From contig CAYOME010000002.1 in NCBI GenBank assembly GCA_964405015.1, positions 68,174-132,173 of the forward strand: 64,000 nucleotides of DNA. The letters run 5' to 3'. Below the pieces are notes generated by a model. The model made no database searches, had not been told where the DNA came from, and saw nothing but the letters and a program-made list of their open reading frames with translations. The stretch comes from an uncultured Candidatus Saccharibacteria bacterium (GTDB taxonomy: Bacteria > Patescibacteriota > Dojkabacteria > SC72). Of the stretch, positions 1 through 8,538 are shown in pieces; the stretch's first letter is position 1, and every line of letters begins with the position of its first letter. The position numbers and the translations under genes were made by a program.

Positions 1-467
1 GTACTCTTTTAAATTTACATATTGGTACTGTTGAAAGATATATAGACCTTTTAGAAAAAAACTATGTAATATTTAGATTACCACCATATTACACAAATGA
101 AAGGAAAGTACTTTCTAAACAAAACAAAATATATTTCTATGACTTAGGAATTAGAAATGCATTGATTAATAACTTTAATCCACTTAGCAAAAGAAGTGAT
201 AGAGGTGCTCTCTGGGAGAACTTCCTAATATTGGAAAGGATGAAAATGAATGCATATTCAAAGAGGTATGTATCAAAGTTCTTTTGGAGAACATACGATG
301 GTGCAGAGGTTGACTATATTGAAAAGTATGCAGATTCTCTAGAGGGATTTGAATTTAAATGGAGTAAGGTTAGGAAGGCACCAAAGAGTTGGTTAGAGTA
401 TCCAAATGCTACATACGAGCTAATTAATATCGATAATTTTAAAAAGTTTTTAAATATATCTAATTAA
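1..467 (+). CDS. AAA+ ATPase (DUF4143 C-terminal domain), 5'-partial. The frame is open from the window start and the track ORF begins at TTG 162.
   Basis: In-frame translation from base 3 gives ...TLLNLHIGTVERYIDLLEKNYVIFRLPPYYTNERKVLSKQNKIYFYDLGIRNALINNFNPLSKRSDRGALWENFLILE..., typical of the DUF4143 part of AAA_14 ATPases. No stop before the window edge. Confidence 0.55.
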   Translation, partial: TLLNLHIGTVERYIDLLEKNYVIFRLPPYYTNERKVLSKQNKIYFYDLGIRNALINNFNPLSKRSDRGALWENFLILERMKMNAYSKRYVSKFFWRTYDGAEVDYIEKYADSLEGFEFKWSKVRKAPKSWLEYPNATYELINIDNFKKFLNISN

Positions 468-486
468 AATATTTTTAAATATATAT

Positions 487-1569
487 ATGAAAGCATTAAT
501 ACTCGCAGGAGGAAGAGGAACAAGATTAAGACCCCTTACACATACAAAAAACAAACATATGTTACCCTTAGGTAATAGACCAATGATAGAGAGGATAATA
601 TTGGATGCAATAGATCTAGGAATAAAAGACATCATTATCAACATTAACAAAGGAGACAAAGAAATGCCTGAATTACTTGGAGATGGTAAAAGATTCGGAT
701 GTAAGATTTCTTACATAGAACAACCAGAACCAAATGGAATGATGTATCCAATAAAGTTAGCAGAGAAACTAATCGGTAACGAAGAGTTCCTCTTCTCAGC
801 AGGAGACAATATCCTAACAGGAGGTCTTAAACAACACTATGAGGATTTTAAAAAGAAGAAATCAGATGCTCATGTATTAGTAGTTAAAAGACCTGACTAT
901 CAAAACTTTGGAGTAGCTGTAATGAAAGATGGAAAGATTGTAAAAACAGTAGAGAAACCAAAGGAGTTTGTAAGTGATTTAGTACTCTCTGCTATATATT
1001 TCTTTACACCTGCAGTATTTAAAGCTTTTGATCATGTAAAACCAATAGATCCTAAAGGAACAGGAAAACCAGAATACTACCCACCAGTAATTAATAACTG
1101 GTTAATAGAGAATGGATATACAATGACAGCATCAGAAGTAACAGGATGGTGGAAAGATACAGGAGCACCAGAAGACCTGATACTTGCTAATAGATTAATA
1201 TTGGAAAGAGAAGTTTTAGATACTTGTGAAGGAGAGTTAGTAGACTCACATATTGAAGGTAATGTAGAGATTAAAAAGGGGGCTAAGATAAAGAATTGTA
1301 CGTTAAGAGGTCCAATCTCCATTGCAGAGAATGCTGTTGTAGAAGATTCATACATAGGACCTTTTACATCCATTGGTGCTGATAGTGTGGTTAAGAATGT
1401 AGAAATTGAAAATAGTATTCTAATGGGTAATTGTAATGTACATGATTTAGATAGGAGACTTGATAGCTGTTTAATAGGATGGAATGCGGAAGTAACTAGT
1501 AAGAGTGGCCATCCTAAAGCAGATAGGCTCTTTATAGGTGACGACTCTAAGGTAGAGATAAGTAGATAG
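487..1569 (+). CDS. Sugar-1-phosphate nucleotidyltransferase (RmlA/glucose-1-phosphate thymidylyltransferase-like) with a C-terminal left-handed beta-helix
   Basis: N-terminal MKALILAGGRGTRLRPLT...K..LP motif of the NTP_transferase family. C-terminal hexapeptide-like repeats (IEGNVEIKKGAKIKNCTLRGPISIAENAVVEDSYIGPFTSIGADSVV). 360 aa. Confidence 0.7.
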   Translation: MKALILAGGRGTRLRPLTHTKNKHMLPLGNRPMIERIILDAIDLGIKDIIININKGDKEMPELLGDGKRFGCKISYIEQPEPNGMMYPIKLAEKLIGNEEFLFSAGDNILTGGLKQHYEDFKKKKSDAHVLVVKRPDYQNFGVAVMKDGKIVKTVEKPKEFVSDLVLSAIYFFTPAVFKAFDHVKPIDPKGTGKPEYYPPVINNWLIENGYTMTASEVTGWWKDTGAPEDLILANRLILEREVLDTCEGELVDSHIEGNVEIKKGAKIKNCTLRGPISIAENAVVEDSYIGPFTSIGADSVVKNVEIENSILMGNCNVHDLDRRLDSCLIGWNAEVTSKSGHPKADRLFIGDDSKVEISR

Positions 1570-1570
1570 A

Positions 1571-2218
1571 TTAGAAATATCTACCAGAATGTTTACCATA
1601 TTGAATAATCTGATCTAATGCGGTACGAATGTTCGGGAATTCTTTTAATAGGCTTCTTTTGCACTGAATAGCCACTACAGTGCGATTACATTCAAACAAG
1701 TTCTTCATCTCTTCTACAAAAGTCCCAGTATATGCTAAATCCCAATTAACAAATTGTTTATCAAATTGCTTTATTTGTAATTCTAAATATTTAATAGGAA
1801 CAAGGAGATGGCCTGCAAAAGAATTAGCATCTTTTTCTATTTTATCGTATACAGAATTTTTGATACTCTCCATCCTCTTAAGATATTCATCCTTGTCTTT
1901 AATATCTGAGAAGAGATCCCTATGAAGAATATAGTGGCCGATTTCATGGCTAAGTGAAAACCTTAGTCGTTCTCTGCGACTATCCTGTGTGTATAGGGAT
2001 TCATCTATAACTACAACCTTATTACCCACTGTAAGAAAAGCTTCACCTCCATTTGAGAATTCAGATTCAAGTTGAGGTAAAATGTAGGGTTTAAGCTTCA
2101 GTCCTAATTCCATAATTTCTTCAACATCAATAGGGAGAGGGACTTCTTTTTTGTAGTAATCTTCTATCGTAGATAGTGCGAGATTTTTAATTTCCTCTTG
2201 GGTTCTTTGGGGGGACAC
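1571..2218 (-). CDS. ImmA/IrrE-family (DUF955) zinc metallopeptidase
   Basis: HEIGHYILH (HExxH) motif in a ~215-aa protein. Immediately downstream of and overlapping an XRE-HTH gene, the classic ImmA/ImmR arrangement. Confidence 0.6.
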   Translation of the reverse strand: MSPQRTQEEIKNLALSTIEDYYKKEVPLPIDVEEIMELGLKLKPYILPQLESEFSNGGEAFLTVGNKVVVIDESLYTQDSRRERLRFSLSHEIGHYILHRDLFSDIKDKDEYLKRMESIKNSVYDKIEKDANSFAGHLLVPIKYLELQIKQFDKQFVNWDLAYTGTFVEEMKNLFECNRTVVAIQCKRSLLKEFPNIRTALDQIIQYGKHSGRYF

Positions 2219-2651
2219 GATCTGGTGCAGTAATAAGTTTAAGTAAATCTTTTAAATCTTTCTCAGTAATTTTCTTTCCTCTCGCTTTTCGAAAAAATGC
2301 AGGTAAAATTGATAAATTGGATTGTAAATCCTGCGGTATTTCACCTCTGCTAATATCGGCTAAATCACACATATATCCATATTCTTCTGAATCGATTTTT
2401 ACACCAATTGCTTTTGCTACTTTCTTTAAGAAAAGCTTGCTCTTAGGTACTTTAAGAAGATTGTTCTCAATTTTACTTACTTGTGCAGGATCAAAATCAT
2501 ACTTTCTACAAAACTCTCTTAGGGTAAGATTTTTTGAGACTCTTTCATTGTAAAGCATCTCTCCAAATGAGGAGTAATCTTTTTTCATACTGTTTGATAT
2601 TTTTAACTTAGGCAGTTGGTACATTCTAATACAGAAGTTCTGTGTTGTCAA
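2187..2651 (-). CDS. XRE-family helix-turn-helix transcriptional regulator
   Basis: HTH_3-like segment LTLREFCRKYDFDPAQVSKIENN. 32-nt overlap with the downstream ImmA gene. Confidence 0.55.
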   Translation of the reverse strand: MTTQNFCIRMYQLPKLKISNSMKKDYSSFGEMLYNERVSKNLTLREFCRKYDFDPAQVSKIENNLLKVPKSKLFLKKVAKAIGVKIDSEEYGYMCDLADISRGEIPQDLQSNLSILPAFFRKARGKKITEKDLKDLLKLITAPDRVPPKNPRGN

Positions 2652-2699
2652 TTTATTACAACAGTGTGAACTCTCTTAGAACTTTTTGATATAATCTGT

Positions 2700-3035
2700 T
2701 TGATGAGGAAATATCAACATAAAAATCTTGCAAGTGGAGATTGGAATAAAAAATCATTCCTCGAACAAATGGCAAACATTGGTAGTGAGGTATACCGAGC
2801 TATTAACTGGAAGAACAAGGGTAATGAAGAATATGCACATATGGCATTTGTAAGATCACTTGAACTTTTTGATTTAACTAAGGATTCTAAACTAACATAC
2901 CCTCAATACAAAGAACTTTTAAGAATGAGAGAGATATGGGTAGACTTTTTCAAATATGAAAATGAATATAATTCTACCGGAGAGTCTCTTAATACATACT
3001 TTACAAACCTTACAGTTGCTTTTAAAAACAGATAA
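2700..3035 (+). CDS. Hypothetical protein (111 aa)
   Basis: ORF only. It is in the same reading frame as the RmlC ORF and separated from the conserved RmlC N-terminus by a single TAA. Confidence 0.35.
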   Translation: MMRKYQHKNLASGDWNKKSFLEQMANIGSEVYRAINWKNKGNEEYAHMAFVRSLELFDLTKDSKLTYPQYKELLRMREIWVDFFKYENEYNSTGESLNTYFTNLTVAFKNR

Positions 3036-3101
3036 CTTTTTTACTTATATATAGAATTTAAACCATTAAGTATTCCTGGATTAGTACTAATAACACCGAA
3101 T

Positions 3102-3626
3102 GTGTTTGGAGACAGTAGAGGCTTCTTTAAAGAAACATACAACAGAGAAGTATTTCAAGCAAATGGAATAGATATAGATTTTGGTGTACAGAGTAATCAT
3201 TCTAGATCTTCAAAAGGTGTGCTAAGGGGTATGCATTGGCAAAAAGAGCCATTTGCACAAGACAAATTAGTACGTGTTTCAAGGGGAAGAGTATTGGATG
3301 TAGCAGTAGACATTAGAGTAGGTTCTCCTACATTTGGTAAGTATGAAGCAGTAGAGCTTTCAGATGAAAACCACTATATATTCCTCGTACCTAAAGGTTT
3401 TGCTCATGGCTTTTTTGTATTGAGTGATATCGCTGATTTTGAATATCAGGTTAGTGCACCATACAACAAAGAAAATGAGGTGGCTCTTCTTTGGGATGAT
3501 CCAGATATCGGTATAGAATGGGGATTTAGTGAGGGAGAGCAACCACTTCTTTCTGAAAAAGATAGAGTAAATAAATTACTTAAAGATATAGATCCAGAAG
3601 ATCTTTTTAAATTTGTACATAAATAG
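3102..3626 (+). CDS. rmlC: dTDP-4-dehydrorhamnose 3,5-epimerase (RmlC). The conserved N-terminus extends in-frame upstream to ~3036 without a canonical start codon.
   Basis: VFGDSRGFFKETY...GMHWQ...RVLDVAVDIR..SPTFGKYEAVELSDEN...FLVPKGFAHGF. Cupin-type RmlC signatures. The track start is GTG 3102. Upstream in-frame residues EFKPLSIPGLVLITPN match the usual RmlC N-terminus. Confidence 0.8.
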   Translation: MFGDSRGFFKETYNREVFQANGIDIDFGVQSNHSRSSKGVLRGMHWQKEPFAQDKLVRVSRGRVLDVAVDIRVGSPTFGKYEAVELSDENHYIFLVPKGFAHGFFVLSDIADFEYQVSAPYNKENEVALLWDDPDIGIEWGFSEGEQPLLSEKDRVNKLLKDIDPEDLFKFVHK

Positions 3627-4488
3627 GATGGAAAGAATATTTGTATTTGGTTCAAGCGGTATGTTAGGAAACTACCTTTGTACACTGTTAGAAAGTAAAG
3701 GATATGAAGTAGAGAGAAATGATAGGACTTCCGGAGGGATAGATATTACTAAAGATGATGATGTAAGAACGGTAGTAAAAGATTCTGATGCAAGATTTGT
3801 AGTTAACTGTAGTGCATATACAAATGTAGAAAAGGCCGAAGAGGAAAGTGATATAGCTTTTGATGTAAATGCTAATGCTCCTAAATATATGGCACAGGCT
3901 TGTAAAGAATTTAATATTCCATTTGTTCATGTATCTACCGACTATGTATTCGGTGAAAACAAAGAGGATGGATATACGGAGGATTACAAGACCTTTAAGC
4001 CATTGAATGTATATGGTGAGTCTAAATTGGAAGGAGAAAAGGGGGTTCTAGAAGTCGGTGGTCAGGTATATATCTTTAGAACATCATGGTTGTTTGGACC
4101 TAATGCAACAAATTTCATAGAGAAGATATCTAAATATGCAAGAGAATTACCCGAATTGAAAGTAGTTACAGATGAGGTCGGTTGTCCAACATACGTAGGA
4201 GATCTTTCTAAGCATATACTTTCTGCAATACAAGGAGATATAAAACCTGATATATACCATGTGTGTAGTAGGGATATCTGTTCCAGATATGAATTTGCAA
4301 AAGAGATATTAAATATTCAAGGTATTGATACCCCAGTATTAGAATCTAAGTTAAAGGATTTTAATAGAAAGGCACAAGTACCTAATCGTTCTCAACTTCT
4401 TAATACAAAATTACCTGAAATGAGAACATGGAAAGAGATGCTTAGGGAGTATTTTGGTGTTCCGGATATTTCGGTTGTTGAAAAATAG
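3613..4488 (+). CDS. rmlD: dTDP-4-dehydrorhamnose reductase (RmlD)
   Basis: MERIFVFGSSGMLG... Rossmann N-terminus, YTNVEKAEEE, VSTDYVFGENKEDGYTEDYKTFKPLNVYGESKLEGE (YxxxK), RTSWLFG. 14-nt overlap with rmlC. Confidence 0.8.
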   Translation: MYINRMERIFVFGSSGMLGNYLCTLLESKGYEVERNDRTSGGIDITKDDDVRTVVKDSDARFVVNCSAYTNVEKAEEESDIAFDVNANAPKYMAQACKEFNIPFVHVSTDYVFGENKEDGYTEDYKTFKPLNVYGESKLEGEKGVLEVGGQVYIFRTSWLFGPNATNFIEKISKYARELPELKVVTDEVGCPTYVGDLSKHILSAIQGDIKPDIYHVCSRDICSRYEFAKEILNIQGIDTPVLESKLKDFNRKAQVPNRSQLLNTKLPEMRTWKEMLREYFGVPDISVVEK

Positions 4489-4520
4489 TGTTTTTTTTTG
4501 TACAATGAAGAGAATTACTA

Positions 4521-4573
4521 GGAGGAATACGAGCCATTGTCTATGTGACAATGTGTGTACGCCCTCCTTTTTT
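4521..4573 (+). terminator. Hairpin plus T-run, candidate intrinsic terminator for the rml transcript
   Basis: ggagg...CATTGTCtatgtGACAATG...ccctcc followed by TTTTTT. A perfect 7-bp inner stem with imperfect outer arms, between convergent rmlD (+) and the NYN gene (-). Confidence 0.4.
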
Positions 4574-5104
4574 GTACCTCAATTTGTCCTTTTCATATTG
4601 TATGTAGGTTTTGTATTGGGAAAAACCTTTTAGTAGAGAAGATTCCGATTTTGAATTAGGTATTATTATTGATTTTAATTTGTTCTCTTCCTGCAAAAAT
4701 TTGTGTAAACAAAGAAAGTCACCATCTCCGGATACAATTACTGCATTATCAAAGTTTTCATATTCTATTCTGCAGGAGTATAAGACGAGTTCTGCATCTA
4801 TATTTCCTTTAGATTTACCATCTTTGCTAATTACAGTTGGTTTAAAGATTAATTCGTAACCAGATTTTTTAAGTGAAGAATAAAGGAGCTCATTGTTTTT
4901 TAGGTAACCAATAAAAAGGAGAGCCTTCTCTACAAAGAATTTATGCTTAAGGTATATTCTAAATTTCCTAAAATCTAATTTCCAACCTCTATATATTATT
5001 TTATTACCTCTGTATATAGATTTTGATGTTCCGAGATTTAAATTCTGACTATCGATAAAAGCATAAGTTCGCTCTCTTTTTTGTGTTTTTTTCGTTTTTA
5101 TCAT
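4541..5104 (-). CDS. NYN-domain (LabA/DUF88-like) protein, putative RNase
   Basis: AFIDSQNL near the N-terminus, GNIDAEL, VIVSGDGDF. These are the conserved acidic residues of the NYN/PIN-like fold. Confidence 0.5.
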   Translation of the reverse strand: MIKTKKTQKRERTYAFIDSQNLNLGTSKSIYRGNKIIYRGWKLDFRKFRIYLKHKFFVEKALLFIGYLKNNELLYSSLKKSGYELIFKPTVISKDGKSKGNIDAELVLYSCRIEYENFDNAVIVSGDGDFLCLHKFLQEENKLKSIIIPNSKSESSLLKGFSQYKTYIQYEKDKLRYKKGGRTHIVT

Positions 5105-5213
5105 TTAAATATAGATTTTAGTATTGAGTATTCTTAGTGTAAATAGAAAAGCAAAATATAATTATTAACTTTTATCCTTGGTAAGAGATATCATCTTCTG
5201 ATAATATGTACAC

Positions 5214-6395
5214 ATGCATCTAATAGTTGACTGTACAACTACTCAAAATCAATTAAAGTACAATGGTGTAGGACAATATACTTTAAACATATTAAAAAGA
5301 TTGTTTAAATCTTCCGACTTTGATATTACACTCCTCCTTTTTGAAAAAGAATCAACTCTAGATCCATATATTAAAAAATTACCAGAGAATATTAAAGTAG
5401 AGAGAATAGGGGGGTACAAGGTATCCAACTATCTTAACCCTATATGGTATGTAACTAGGATATTACCAGCTATTAAAAAAGTTAGAAGAGAGGATAGTAT
5501 ATATTTCTGTCCTTACTTTTGGGCTGGTATTCCATCTTTACATATACCTACTGTACTAATGGTCCATGATTTCATATTACCTATATTCAATATATATTCA
5601 GAACAGAGTGTCTTTCACAATTTAATTAAAAAAATACAATATTGGGTAGAAATGTATAAGGCGAGATATTGTAAAGCGATAATTAGTAATTCTAAGTGTA
5701 CTACAAGAGATTTTAGAAAATATTTTCCTAAATATCCTAAAGAGAATATATATACAATATATTTAGATGGACAATTAGAAGAAGGTGGGGATATTAATGG
5801 ATGGGACGAATCACTTCCTAAAGATTACAAAGAGAGAGGATATTTCATATATATGGGAGGTACTCCTGCTGTTAACAAAAATTCAGAAGGTATCGTTAGA
5901 GGGTATCGGGAATTTCTAACTATGGCAAAAAATGATACTAAAGCTCCTTACCTAGTAATTGCAGGTAAAAATTTTACTAAGGAAGTAGATAGAAGGGTAA
6001 CTAAGTTTAAAGACAAAGTAGAGTGTCTAGGACTAAAAGAATATATTAAATATACAGGATTCTATGAGGATAGACATGCATTACCTTTGCTTCAGAATTC
6101 AATCTCCTTTATTCATTTATCTTTGTACGAAGGATTTGGTATAGCTTTAGTAGAAGCTATGAGATCTGGTACTCCAGTTATTGCTCATAACGGATCCTGT
6201 TATCCTGAGGTAGTTGGGGATGCAGGGATACTAGTGGATGGTAGTAATGCTAAAGAGGTAGGGGAGAGTATGTACAAAGTATATACGGAAAGAGGCTTTA
6301 GGAAGGAATTAATTGAAAAGGGGAAACAGAGGAGTAAGCTATTCTCATGGGATGATACTGTTGAAAAGACTGTAGGGGTGTTTAATAGTTTATAA
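5214..6395 (+). CDS. Glycosyltransferase family 1 (GT4-type)
   Basis: C-terminal EGFGIALVEAMRSGTPVIAHNGSCYPEVVGDAGILVD, the E-x7-E / GT1 donor-binding motif. Confidence 0.7.
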   Translation: MHLIVDCTTTQNQLKYNGVGQYTLNILKRLFKSSDFDITLLLFEKESTLDPYIKKLPENIKVERIGGYKVSNYLNPIWYVTRILPAIKKVRREDSIYFCPYFWAGIPSLHIPTVLMVHDFILPIFNIYSEQSVFHNLIKKIQYWVEMYKARYCKAIISNSKCTTRDFRKYFPKYPKENIYTIYLDGQLEEGGDINGWDESLPKDYKERGYFIYMGGTPAVNKNSEGIVRGYREFLTMAKNDTKAPYLVIAGKNFTKEVDRRVTKFKDKVECLGLKEYIKYTGFYEDRHALPLLQNSISFIHLSLYEGFGIALVEAMRSGTPVIAHNGSCYPEVVGDAGILVDGSNAKEVGESMYKVYTERGFRKELIEKGKQRSKLFSWDDTVEKTVGVFNSL

Positions 6396-6472
6396 TTTAA
6401 AATACTTTACAAAAGGCTTTCTGTTCAGTAATATACAGGCATCCGAATATCTAAATCAACAATGGTAACGAT

Positions 6473-7708
6473 ATGAATATCTTACTTGTTCCTTATTCAC
6501 ATCAGTTAGGCTCTACGCACGTATTAATATCTATTGGTAAATTTTTGAAAAGTATTGGGCATAATGTCTGGATAGGTGGTAATGGTAAATATATGTATCT
6601 CGCAGATCAAAATGGTTTGGATAGGGTAGAATTAGTAGAAATACCGATAGAAACATATAGGCAAAAAACTGATCATGGGGATATGTCATATCTTTCTGTG
6701 GAAGAAATCCGAGAATTTGTTAATGAAGAGGTAAAGTTATACAAAGAGTTAAATATTGAATTAGTTATATCTACTCTTAGACCCAGTTGTTCATTGTCTG
6801 CAAAAGTAAGTGGTATTAAGCATATCGCTTTGACGTATTCATTCTTAACACCATATTTCAAATTTTTAATTAAAACTCCAGAGTCACATGTTTTGTATAA
6901 CATAGCAAAACTTCCAGTAATTGGTCTCTTGTTTAATCTTCTATGTGTAAAACCAATATATTCACATTTAAAGAAACAATGGGCAAAGAATTATAATATT
7001 GTAGCAAGAGAGTTAATGGTAAAGGGTTTTGCAGATCTCTATGACGCATATTGTGGAGATATTACTTGGCTTTTTGATATAGAAGAGTTTGCACCTCTTA
7101 AATCAAACTCTCCTAAGACTTTAAAATTTTTAGGTCATGTTTTTAATTCTGTTACAGGTTCTGTACCAGAATGGATAGGGAAGGTTAAGACATTGAAAAA
7201 TGAAGCACACAAAGATGTAATTTTACTATCCATGGGAAGTAGTGGCACAAAATTCCCTAGAATACTAAAGGATTTAGTCGAATATTGTACAAAAAATGAT
7301 AAAGTACTTATGTCCACAAGTTGTAACCATTTAATCTCAGAGAGATATACAGATTTTGACAATATCTTTCTAACAGATTTCGCTGATATGAAATCTCTTT
7401 TGGAAGTAACAGATATTGCAATTATTCATGGTGGAAGAGGTACTATTTATGATGCTCTTACTATGAATAGGCCAAGTATAGTAATTCCTCATCAGGCTGA
7501 GCAAGAGACTAATTCTGAAAGAATTCAAGAATTAGGATTGGGTTATAAACTAAGTTTATACAACTACAAGAGAGAAGATCTTTATAAAACATTGGATGAG
7601 TATTTTAATAATAAAGAAAAAGTTCAAAAGAATGTGGATAGATTTGTAAAGAATTTTGAAAAATATGATTGGAAGAAAGTTGTAGAAGATACTATCGCAG
7701 AACTTTAA
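6473..7708 (+). CDS. GT1-family UDP-glycosyltransferase (MGT/UDPGT-like)
   Basis: IIHGGRGTIYDALTMNRPSIVIPHQAEQETNSERIQELGLG, the C-terminal UDPGT/MurG-like nucleotide-sugar binding motif. Confidence 0.6.
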   Translation: MNILLVPYSHQLGSTHVLISIGKFLKSIGHNVWIGGNGKYMYLADQNGLDRVELVEIPIETYRQKTDHGDMSYLSVEEIREFVNEEVKLYKELNIELVISTLRPSCSLSAKVSGIKHIALTYSFLTPYFKFLIKTPESHVLYNIAKLPVIGLLFNLLCVKPIYSHLKKQWAKNYNIVARELMVKGFADLYDAYCGDITWLFDIEEFAPLKSNSPKTLKFLGHVFNSVTGSVPEWIGKVKTLKNEAHKDVILLSMGSSGTKFPRILKDLVEYCTKNDKVLMSTSCNHLISERYTDFDNIFLTDFADMKSLLEVTDIAIIHGGRGTIYDALTMNRPSIVIPHQAEQETNSERIQELGLGYKLSLYNYKREDLYKTLDEYFNNKEKVQKNVDRFVKNFEKYDWKKVVEDTIAEL

Positions 7709-8538
7709 TGAAAGGCTTTATTCAAAGAATAATCAAGATTGAGAATCAGGAGTTTCGTATATATGTTAAGGAGGTAGATCCTTCATTACCATTCATACTG
7801 TTTGTTCCTGGTTTTAGATCTTTGGCAATAAATGCAGAACTTCTTCTTAATGATCTTGGAGGAAACTGTATTACCTTTGATTTCCCAGGTATAGAGTCAA
7901 ACAGTGCTATAAAGAGATTTGCCGATTTTGGATTTGCTACAGACAAGATAGTGGATTTAGTAATTGAAGAAATACTAAAAGTATATGAAGTAAAAACTTT
8001 GATTTGTGCTTCCTTAACAACCCCTTATGTCCTTTACAAGTATCACTTGAGGAAAGATATGAATATATTTCTCTTATCACCACAGTTTAAAACGTCTTTA
8101 ATTGATTATGTGCTACTTTATTATTGTAAATTTAGTTTATTATTACACAAACTACTTAAAAAGAATGTTTATAGGTATTTGGATAGGGTTTTATTAGCTA
8201 AAGTATGGATGGGAATATTAGACTCTCAGACTAGCAACCCCTATACTACTGAGATATTAAAAAAAGATTTGGAGTCATCTGTTTCGCCATGGACTGAAAA
8301 TCAATTTATAACATTCTTCAAATACAAAAAAAAGAGTGTATTATTACTTAGCGAACTTAAAGATATTTCTAATATATATATACTGATTGGAACAAAGGAT
8401 CCTATTGTTGAAGAATCAGTTATACGTTCATATGTAAATCATATTGAGAAAAAGAATATAATAATTATGGAATACAATCATATATTGGAAACAGAAGCTA
8501 CAAAAGAAATTGCTAAGTTGTATAATTCAATTATATGA
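7708..8538 (+). CDS. Hypothetical protein, possibly alpha/beta-hydrolase fold
   Basis: The track ORF starts at 7669 inside the GT gene. ATG 7708 overlaps the GT stop by 1 nt (TAATG) and is the more plausible start. Weak PFILFVPGF motif only. Confidence 0.3.
   Translation: MKGFIQRIIKIENQEFRIYVKEVDPSLPFILFVPGFRSLAINAELLLNDLGGNCITFDFPGIESNSAIKRFADFGFATDKIVDLVIEEILKVYEVKTLICASLTTPYVLYKYHLRKDMNIFLLSPQFKTSLIDYVLLYYCKFSLLLHKLLKKNVYRYLDRVLLAKVWMGILDSQTSNPYTTEILKKDLESSVSPWTENQFITFFKYKKKSVLLLSELKDISNIYILIGTKDPIVEESVIRSYVNHIEKKNIIIMEYNHILETEATKEIAKLYNSII

Noticed and set aside
450-1373. Minus-strand ORFs 450..659 and 1077..1373
   Set aside because: Embedded antisense within the well-supported nucleotidyltransferase gene.
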